Of a DNA stretch of 64,000 nt, positions 1-15,040 are shown one piece after another. The translations under genes were made by a program, and so were the position numbers. This DNA comes from Phoronis australis. Lineage: Eukaryota; Animalia; Phoronida. Under the pieces are notes generated by a model, which saw only the letters and a list, made by a program, of their open reading frames with translations, was not told the origin of the DNA and did not search any database. Where the stretch lies: positions 3,269,695 to 3,333,694 of the forward strand of contig NMRA01000001.1 in assembly GCA_002633005.1 (NCBI GenBank), in the 5' to 3' direction. Positions within the stretch are counted from its first letter, which is position 1, and each line of letters opens with the position of its first letter.

Positions 1-240
1 TGATAGCCATTTTGATTCTATTTATTCCAGAAACAGACAGAGAGAAAAACAATTACATTTAAATGCTGAGACTTTGGTTGACCTAAGAGTGACGGGTAAT
101 GAACAACTACCTTTTTATAGAATGAGCAGCTTAGATACAAACTGCCACTAAGCTTGAGCCCAACCACTAATTCAACACAAGGAGATCGTAACAAATACCA
201 TTACCTATCCAAGAAGCACTGCTAACACCATTAGACTCAC

Positions 241-2133
241 CTGAGACAACTCGTTAAAGCTATCATTAAGATCTTCTTCGTCCTCCCAAGGCAACCTGTT
301 TTTACCACGGCCTGCGCTGTAGAATCTCCGTGAGGGTGTTCCTAGATTATCCAGTGGGGTTGAGCGTGCTGATGATGTGACTGACTCTAGCTCCATCGTG
401 TCTGAGCGTATCGACCTGGCCGACCCCCCAGCAGTACCCGACACGGCCATAATCCACTCAATGTCGGCCCCTTGAGGGATGATGGCTGACGTGCGCTGAC
501 TGCCCATTGATAATGTTATTGCATATTCCACTAAGCCGCTTGGATTCAGTTTTGCAAGCTGTCTCCGCGCCAATCTTGCCTGAACGGCTTGCATGACACC
601 ATCACCCCCTTGACTCAGTTCAACAGCATCTACTGCCTGTACCAAAGGTTGCAGCCGACCAGGGCCCATTGCCTGAGCAAGAACAGCTAGGCACTCAAAG
701 CAAGCATGTCGTACGGGACGTTTGGGGTCGACAAGTGAAAATGCAATTGTCTGACAGAGTGTTGCTTGGTCAAAATCATAGCTGGGAAATCTTAACAAGG
801 ACGCGATGACAATATTGATTGTCTCCTGGCGGACACGGGAGTTCCGATGATTTAGGTTCTCACACAGCACTTCAAGAGTTTTGGTCACTGATACAGTCTG
901 CATAAGCCTCATGGCAACTTTCATGATTGCTTGACGTACGACAATCTTATTGTCACCCATTCGTTTTGTTAAAGCCGAGATCAGAGGTTTAACATAACTT
1001 TTTGATTGTCCGCTTAGTTTATCAACCAGTAAGTCCAAAATGTCTAAAGTTACAGTTGTTATCTTAAAATTAGAGTCGTCTAATAAATTATTGATGAAAC
1101 TGATGAACGGAATCATGTGTGGGATGAGTTGAGAACTGTCCTCGATGTCTTCTACAATTCTTCGTAATTCCTCTACACCTTGAGAGCGAGTTCTAAAGTC
1201 CTCTTGATCGTGTAGCTGAGCCATAATATGACTAGGAATGATTCCAAACTCCAGCTTTCCATTACTCTGTCTTGGCTGGCTAGCTCTACCAGTGGGGGAA
1301 CCATAGTAGTTTTCTGGGACACTTGTGCCTGACGAAGTGTCATCTTTTTTGCGACTATTATTATTATATTCTGAAAGTGTTGAATCACTTTTGTCAGGCA
1401 ATTTATTTGTAAGTTGCAAATAAAATTTACGCAGAGCTGGTGACAACCTCTGAATGTAATCACTAAAGACTGTATCGGTAGCTATACCCCGGATTTTATC
1501 CAAAGCAACTAATGCTATCGACTGCAAATTATCTTCAGCCGAGTTGTCTAGCAACTTCTTTGCTAATGACTGCACAATGTCAAAAAAGTTTTCATTGGCA
1601 AACTCTGGCGTAAACAGCATTGGCAATGCAATAATGGTCTCTTTTCTAATCTTCTGTTCATCTCCTTCCAACCCATGTTTGACAATTGCTTTAAAAACAC
1701 GGCTGACGTCCTTGGCATGTTTCATGTAAACATGTAAAGTCTGAATGACTGCTCTCCGAATGGTGATCTTGCTATGACCAATATTGGGTACAAGTTTAGG
1801 TAGAACTATGGACATATAATCGTCTAATTCGATACCGAGTTGAGGAATGAGATCACTAATCAATTGTACGCATTTATGTCTAACATCCCAATTCGAGTCG
1901 GAAAGTGACAGCGCCAATCCATTGAATATTGCCGACTTATCCGAAAATGGTAAGCGGCCATTGTTTATTCGTGCCGTTGCTCGAAGACCTTCCAAGATCT
2001 CGGCACGTTTATTGAAGCTTTGATCGCTTAGGTGGTTCAGAACAACATCTTCTTCCATCCCTGGAACGGTCACGTATTTGGCATCGTTGAATCTGTAGTC
2101 AGACACGGATAAATTTACAGCGGTACCTGCCAT
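241..2133 (-). CDS. TOGARAM1: TOG array regulator of axonemal microtubules (crescerin/FAM179B), first coding exon with two TOG/HEAT domains; gene continues past the left edge
   Basis: 631-codon exon from ATG 2133 to donor CAG|GTGAGT at 241/240. HEAT-repeat motifs (LSDSNWDVRHKC, LLDDSNFKI, HRNSRVRQE, DPKRPVRHACFECLAVLAQAMG, VMQAVQARLARRQL) match crescerin TOG1/TOG2. Confidence 0.88.
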
Positions 2134-2333
2134 GTAAATAAAAGCCTTGCTGATGATGAGTTCAGCTCTTTTTCGCTTCTAACAGGTCAAATAGAAGCAC
2201 TGTTAATTCATCGTCCCCATTTGTGACAGTTTAACCAAAATCCTCTTTGATCTTCATCTTTGCAAGCACCGTGCCGACCTTAGCACTCCAGACATCGTTT
2301 AGAAACAAGATGGCTACCTCACAACAATATCAA

Positions 2334-2351
2334 GTCACGTGACCTACGTCA
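2334..2351. promoter_or_regulatory. Palindromic E-box GTCACGTGAC with adjacent CRE-like TACGTCA, about 200 bp upstream of the TOGARAM1 ATG
   Basis: Motifs seen directly; function inferred from position only. Confidence 0.35.
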
Positions 2352-3880
2352 CAATCACCCGTATGTTATCACAATGGGTCCGTTGGGTTCCAATCGATAC
2401 TCAGTTCTTTCCCATTATTACTTTAAAAATGACAGTTAACCAAGCAAAGCGGTTTGACATAAATAAGAAAAACAAGCATTACCTTTACGAGCTTTGAAGA
2501 GTCGCCACATGTATTTTGCCAAGGCAGTCTCTGTTTTCCAGCACTATAAGAAATGCGGCAGGTGCGGGTGGACCCAAGCGATGTATCCTGAGAGTTAAAA
2601 GTACATATGGGCGTATTTTTAAATTAGTTTTAATGTTCTTGTTATGTGAATCTCAATGAATCATCGACATGCCTAATTAAGAGCAAAAAATTGCTCGCAA
2701 ACAAAAATGTTGTGCTGCATTTTCATGCAGTTGACGTTGTGAACTCCCCGGCACGATTAAGTTGTATTCACTACCGTTTCACTGACTCCTGAAAATATCC
2801 GAGGGAAGGCAAACAGGGCACTCTTTGAGACGTACAATGGCCACCGCCATTCTTAACAGTTGAAATCACTAATTATTACACAGAGAGTCATGAAAATATG
2901 GAATATTCATTTTGCTATAGTCGTAAACTTATGCAACTGCGTTATTTTCAATAGGATTTTAAGTTTTTAAACTTAAAATCCTATTTCTAAAAAAATAATA
3001 CAGAACTAATTGTTTTGACTGAGGAAATCATGATTAAATGAATTCTTATTTAAGCGACTATAAACCCACATTTCTTCCAAGTTTTTTTTTTAATGTATTC
3101 TTCTAGTACCTCTATATCATTGGTCTCAACTTGTTCCGTACTCAGATGGGAAGTGATTTCCGTGAGTTTGCAACAGTTTAACTTATTCCTTATGACCAAG
3201 CTCGGCGTATAAAATGTCACGCAATGATGACATGTCAATTTGTAGAGTCTGTTCCCAAGTAATAGCGAACTGCCAGTACTTCCGAAGCCCTGAAATCACC
3301 ACACATTTGACTAAGAAGCAATTTGAGGCCAATTTCACGACGATAAATGCTCTAAATCAATATTTGGTAATTGTGGTGCTCGTGTGTATAACCGTTTCAA
3401 CTCTATGTTGAATTCCATTTCACTAGACATTTACCTCACGCACAGCGACAGAATTTTGCCCACTCTCTTTTAAACAAGTGTCTTCATCCGTGAACCAAGG
3501 AGGCCTCTTCTTGGCACGATAGTCAAGGCTATTCGCCGATGCCAAGTTATCTTCTTTCGAACAGTCCTGTTCAACGAAACTCATTAACTAATCAGAGAAC
3601 ATTCGGTACATAAACTGAGGCTCAGGTCTTCCAGAAATAATAGGAAAATGACTTAAAATCCAGAAGCTCGCGAACAGTACGTATCAAGTTAATATAAACT
3701 TTTATCGCATGAGCACAAGCAACTAAACTGGCTAGTCACCGTCGGTGGGCCATTTCATGTATCATAAGCGTAGCTCAGTTTTTTCCAAGCCCCGGAACCC
3801 CTTCTCTTCAGCAGCAGTGAAAAATTGGGACCACTTAGTCCAGTTTATTTGACGGAGGGCCGGTTTATAGCAAAGCACAA

Positions 3881-4206
3881 AGGGGTACTAAACTCTGTTT
3901 TGATGATTTACATCAATCCACGTTCTGTCACCTGCTAATGCATCATTGACGTCAATGTTCCAAATCAAAGGCAGTAATCAACTAAAAACTCGTATTCCTG
4001 AGCCACAGATTGGACACTGTTGTCCTTGGTGGGGGTCTTTTCCCACAATTGCTAAAAACGTAGGTTACGTTTGCCCCTTTAGCACAGTTTGGAGTTTTCA
4101 AATTTTCATCCAAACTTTTAAAGGTTGTCGAGGGTACAGAGCATTATTTTGTTTCAGAGAACTGGATGGGAAAGTCATTTTTGGTAAAACCGGGTTTGGT
4201 ATCCTT
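3881..4206. mobile_element. TTAA-type non-autonomous DNA transposon (Kolobok/piggyBac-like MITE), copy 1
   Basis: Colinear with 19098-19447 (shared gttctgtcacctgctaatg, ggttgtcgaggg, ttattttgtttcagagaa). Ends GGGTTTGGTATCCTT|TTAA; left end degenerate. Confidence 0.75.
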
Positions 4207-5035
4207 TTAAAGGGCCTTCCCTTTATTGTCGTCAATTTAGAACACAGAAAGAGTTTCTTCAATAGAGAGAAATCTGTAAATAGGGAGATTTAGTTGTTTA
4301 CAGACTTGCATGCATTTACACTCTTTGTGGGCAATTCATAAAATGAAGTTAATGCCGTTCAACTGTGACGGTCATTTTGTAGGTGCATCACTAGAAAATT
4401 ACATATTTTTTTATTTCGAAAATATTACGCATTCCAACAGCATTATTTGGCTAAGAAAAAAATTTAACTACATTGGATTGCGGCCAAATCTCTACTTTTT
4501 GTCTGAAACGAGAGAAATATTTTCCGGAAATCACTTGGATTCAATATTCTGAAGTTGGCCAAAGAGTCATAAAATTCACACAACTAGTAGCAACAAAAGG
4601 CGTAACCATGCCAGCAAGCGCGATTTTTCCTGGACTATCGAAAAGGTGTTCTAGTTTTTGCAAAAAATCACAGCCTTGTCAACCAATACTACAATTCTGA
4701 CATATAATGCGTAAAAACTGGAAGAAGAATAGTATCAGTTGTAAAGCCAATTTGTGATAGAATTTACCTTTAGCGAGTCCAGTTGGTGTCTTGAAAACAG
4801 CATACTGTTGTTTTTATTTGGATGCTTTAACGTATAGTGCCAGAAATTAAACAAATAAACGTTTGTATTTTGCAAAAGTGAGCGTCATAATTGCGTAATC
4901 ACTTTGTCATATTACGAAGTGACCCGAGGAGTTATGGATTCGGTGAGCTGGAAGGGATTGAATTAGGTTTTCAAACCCGACAGTTGTCAAACTCCATGCT
5001 CTTCGATTGTCGGAACGCAACAAATTCACACCAAA

Positions 5036-5311
5036 ATGGCGTCCGAAAAAATGTGCGTCACCACGGAAGACGCCGAACTAAAAGCAAACGGCTACATCGT
5101 CGGGTCAACGCTTGGCGAAGGATCTTACGCTAAAGTCAAATCTGCGTTCGATGAAAAACACAACCGAAGAGTGGCTATTAAGATCATAAGCAGAAAAAAA
5201 GCGCCAAAGGATTTTCAAAATAGATTTCTTCCTCGAGAATTAGAAGTGATGAAGTTGCTCAATCACCCTAACATCATTAAACTTCACGAGGTTCTTGAAC
5301 TCGGAGGAAAG
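5036..5311 (+). CDS. TSSK-like kinase, first coding exon copy A (N-lobe: Gly-rich loop, VAIK lysine, alphaC)
   Basis: aaaATGG start; LGEGSYAKVKSA, VAIKII, KKAPKDFQNRFLPRE; phase-0 donor AAG|GTAAAC. No kinase exon seen between it and copy B. Confidence 0.8.
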
Positions 5312-5608
5312 GTAAACATTTGTTACCCACATCCCGAGCTCATAAAAAATCAGAAGTCACGGGGCATTTTAGAAGACATCGCTTAATGTTGCATTCAACC
5401 AACCGTGCGTGATAATCACCTTTTGTTTATTTCAACAAGGTCATCGATGATACTTTTCAACAAACAATACCACCTAGACCGGAAAGAAAAATGAAAACAG
5501 GGGTCCGTTTTCTTGCTTTTTTTAATCGTGCGCTCGGTCATAACTCAGTCAAAAATACGTTTATAACCTGTGTCCAGTAGTTATATGACAACGACCTTAG
5601 CGCGACTA

Positions 5609-5740
5609 CACGTACGGATTTAGATGGGGCCAAAGGGGGCCATGGCCCCCCTAAAATTTTCCCAGATTCCTTCCTGCCGGCAAAATCCTGGCTAATACTC
5701 TGCCCTGCCCCCCTAACTAAAAATCCTTGATCCGCCCCTG
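5609..5740. mobile_element. GC-rich MITE remnant (CAGGGGCGGATC...GATCCGCCCCTG type)
   Basis: Right end aaaatccttgatccgcccctg resembles 9644-9663; left end degenerate. Confidence 0.55.
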
Positions 5741-7189
5741 ACGACCATTGATGACACGGTCCACAGAGGGGAAAAACTTTGGTCTCACTTCAACTCATTT
5801 TTATACTTGATGTGTGACCTTTCAGTGGTCACTTTAAGACCGAAGCACAAAACGCATGGAAAACCGAAACCTTCAAAACAAAACGTCATGATTATTGATC
5901 AGGCGCAAAATAGGGCTCAATTTGTATGTTACTAAGTTTTGTCGTGAATTGATGTGTTACTAAACAATGTCCTCTCATAAGAGTAATTTGTGATGTATGT
6001 GTTTATAAAACTGCATATCAATAATAAATACCTAGTGAGTAGCGAGAGGAAGCTGCAATCAACGTTTTCCGGTGGACGCGTTCAGTACAGCGCAGCATAA
6101 AATACTAAAATGCCTTACCGATAATGAAACAGTAAAACAGAAAAATGTGCTTAAAATATGATAAAGCGGTAAAAAATGACCAAACGTGTCGTCCTTGCGG
6201 GCACTAAAAATACCGCAAGGACGACATGTCTATTCGCTTTAATACATGTTATGTCGGTTTATCGTCTCTTACTGTCTTTTTACATTTCAATGCAAGAACG
6301 ACAACAAGTCAATAATTTCAAAATATAAATATTCATTAATGTTGAGCTTCTTCAGTAAATGTAACGAAAGACTAAAATTCTGTACAACTTGTGGGGTTTT
6401 CACAAACGTACATTTAATGTAATTTTCGTAACAGCATCCTAGTAAAAGTTGATAAATTCAAATTTTATAATTTCTCCTGAATTTAGGTTTAAACTGGAAA
6501 TACTCTTCTACAATCTGGACCAACTTCTGAGAAAACAAAATTTGTATGAATTTGCCTCACCACTCAATTTAAGTGTCGAGATGATCAGCTCTGGTACCTG
6601 TGTTATATCTTTGTCTGTCAGACGATTTGTTTTCTACCAGATTTAATGCTAATGTCTGAATTTTTTAATTTTGTCTAGACACAGATGGTCATAACGAAAT
6701 ACTCCTTTTGCCACAAATAGCAACAAACTGTAATAAAACATCCTCTCATAATTGTTTCGCGTACACCGACGTAATTTGGGTATTGTACAAAACATGGGGT
6801 GATCATGCACGTTAAACTCTTGCAACGAACAGCTTTATTCACCTTTAACAGATAAATAATGGTGAAAAACAAAATCTTTGAATTAACTTAAAAATATGCT
6901 TTAAGTTATCTTTGCCGAAGGGACAGTCTTAAAACTATTATTTTGTTAATTGATATTTATTCTAACACGTCGTTTGGGAGTAGTTTATTAAAGATTACGT
7001 AACTAGTCAGAAATGAAAAGCTGTCCCATTATTTCGGTTCGCTTGCGATGTCTTCTGTTATGTCAGTGACACGTCACCATGAACACATGAGAATGTTCCA
7101 CCTCAATTTCTCGCTGGGTTCGAATTCAGTTTTCTAGCCCAGCAAATGCAATTTTCAAACTTCACGGCTCTTGACAACTAACCGTCAAA

Positions 7190-12038
<4,849 letters not shown>

Positions 12039-13388
12039 ATTGTGATGAACGGGCGAGATCACCCCCACTAGCAAGCGAAGCACTTGCACTTTCATCTAAA
12101 AATTAAAATGTTTCTATTAATTTATAAGTGCTTCGCCAGTAATTAATTTCATAGGCTGCGGTCCAGCTTTCTGCACCCTCGTGCTCAGAACATGTCGCCT
12201 GGTCTGCCGTTTGTGTTTCAGCCCGGCTCGGACAACAACTGAGACTGCTCATTGTTAGTGAAAGCGTGAACATAGGATGAAAAGAATCGGTAAAATAAAT
12301 CATGAAACTCGACATTTATAATTCGCTCCGTCGCATGCTACAACCGTCTCTTTTTAACAGATTTGGGCCGACTCTGACAAACAAACGCTAAACTAGAAAG
12401 TTCAAGGCATCGCAGTTCGTGACAAACATGCAAAACAAAACAACTGTTAATAGATTATGAAAGATACCCACTAAATACTAAGAACCGGTTCAAAACACTC
12501 ACCCACACAAACACGTGCGCTCGTCAATGATCTCGGCGGGCAGCCGACAGGCCATTCGTCGACACGCCCATCGTATTTCGTACAAAAAACGAATGATCAA
12601 TTCATGGGGTTGCCTACTTTTTAAAGAAATCTTTCTAGATACAAAAACTCCTGTCTGTGACAGCGATCGTAAGCGAAACATTATTAACTAATTCTCTGGG
12701 GGATCGTGAGTGGAACACAAAATGATCACTATCCAATAATCTTATGAAAGGCTCTCTAACCTCAATACAGAAAGTTCTATGTCCAAAGAAATGTTGCAAA
12801 AATGTATCAGTTTTGCCAATATGGCATTCCTATTGTTTCAGCTTCAATGGGTAAAAAATCAATTGCCCAAGAAACCCTCCTCGGCAAGAGCTAGTTATAG
12901 GCTTATTGAACTAACCCCGCTAGTTTGAAACACAATCCTACGGAAGCTCCTTACAAATGTGCCCGGTTTTCGAGTCCACTCTATTAATGGATGGATATCC
13001 TAATTTTCAAGCTTCACACCTTTATCAAAATACAATCTAGTGAAACCCCCCCCCCCATGAGCCCTAGTGCTACTGACTTCATGATTAAACACAATAACAC
13101 TAACAGCGCACCCGACCAATGATCATTTCTCACTGTATTGAGAATTATCTCCCTTGAAAATACTGTTCGCCATTTTACTACGTTCGAAGTCGCATGTTGC
13201 GAGACATTTTTGTTCTGACGTTGTGACAACAAATTTGACAATACAGAGCCTAAAAGGTAACTTTTACTTGTCATCTTGCGATCACATTACAAATATTTAT
13301 GTTTTTTGCACCTTATTATCTATAAAGAACTATTGAAATTGTTAACTATCAGTAATCAGCGATCAGGCCTAACTGATTGGTTGCCCTA

Positions 13389-14093
13389 GCGGCACTAGTC
13401 GGATATAATGGACCCTAACTTATTCCAAATAAATCCACTAAATGTAGGTCTAAATGAATGATTTTGGTATCGCTGCATTCCTCAGACATCTGGCTATCCG
13501 TACAAATCCTTTTCACGACCCTCAATTACTCTAGTCTATAACTACGCCATTCTGAACTTGGTCCACTTTAGCCACGCGCATCGTGAAATCGGCAGCCATT
13601 TCAGGGAACTTACTATATCTAGCGCCATCTATCGGCGATTTGCTACAACACGCGCTGTTCCTTTTTCATCAGTCAACATGAGCGACGATAACATGATGAT
13701 GACAGATACGATCGTGAGAGAGACGACGAAGGTGATGACGAGAGCAGACGTGCGATGATTAATAACGATTGTCGTTAATAATTGACGAAATCAACCAATG
13801 ACGTTGATTGATGAAAAAGGAACAGCGTGTGTTGTAGCAAATCGCCGATAGATATCGCTAGATAAAGTAAGTTCCCTGAAATGGCTGCCGATTTCACGAT
13901 GTGCGTGGCTAAAGTGGACCGAGTTCGGAACAGCGTAGTTATAGACTAGAGTAATTGAGGGTCGTGAAAAGCATTTGTACGGATAGCCAGATGTCTGAGG
14001 AATGCAACGATACCAAAATCATTCATTTAGACCTACATTTAGTGGATTTATTTGGAATAAGTTACGGTCCATTATATCCGACTAGTGCCCCAC
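13389..14093. mobile_element. Foldback-type non-autonomous DNA transposon with about 290-bp TIRs and 8-bp TSD
   Basis: 13391-13680 is a near-perfect reverse complement of about 13800-14089. TTGCCCTA is duplicated at 13381-13388 and 14094-14101. Confidence 0.9.
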
Positions 14094-14348
14094 TTGCCCT
14101 ACGAAGTTACTGAGTTACGCCAGTTTCGATTTATGGGAGTCGGGATATGCTATCAGAGAGGGTGAGGGAGAGAGAGAATACAGAGAAAGGAAGAAACAGT
14201 CACCTTGTAGAATATTCCATCGGTGGGAGCGAGAGAGTGCAGTTAAATATTGGCTCTCGGGATGAGCCAGCCAGCAAATGAGTGGCTGCCACAGTTTCTA
14301 GCTGGCCCCAGTAGAGACGGTGCTTCATACGTCAGACGCTTTTTGGCG

Positions 14349-15040
14349 AATTATGCCTCACACTGATTAAACATCAAAGTCACGTTTCTAGAACAGTCGC
14401 GGACTGGAATAGCTTGCCTGGCTGCATTACATCAGTCCCTTTGTCAGCAAGCTATCTACCTTTCTGAAGTAACATAGTCATAGTGGGGTGCCTCCATTTG
14501 GGGCACCTGCTTACTGACTGCCTTATCTCTTAACGATCTAGCTATGTAAACCCACCTCTGAAGTGACGTCCACTATGTATATATATGTATCCTTTTAAAC
14601 CTGTTATAGTTGTTCTCGTTTTTGTTTATCCTCATTGTTATATAGTGACATAATACTCTGGAGAGAGTGTGGTCACTTAAACCAAGAAGAAGAAGCATAA
14701 GTACATTTTGCATACAGAGGGACTCCTTAGGAGGCTGTCGATGTCTTTAATTCCTTCTAACTCTTACAAATACTCCCGTTATCAAACCTTTTCTTCAAGC
14801 AATCCTTCGTTGAGTGGACATTTTTACACTGCGCTCATTCCTATTTTTACCTCGCCTGTTAAAAATGGCCAGTTACCGATTTGGGCTGCTTGAAAAAAAT
14901 GATTGATTACGGTAGTGTTTGTTCGAGTTGGAAGGAATTAAAAGACATCAACTGCCTCCTAAGGTGTCCCTCTATATGCAAAAGCAAAAGGTACTTATAG
15001 CAACACGACTTTGATGTTTTAATCAGTGTGAGGCATAATT
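14349..15040. mobile_element. Long-TIR element whose left arm is interrupted by a roughly 300-bp insert
   Basis: 14349-14390 pairs with about 14998-15040, and 14697-14763 pairs with 14925-14999. The right arm is contiguous and the left arm is split. Confidence 0.75.
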
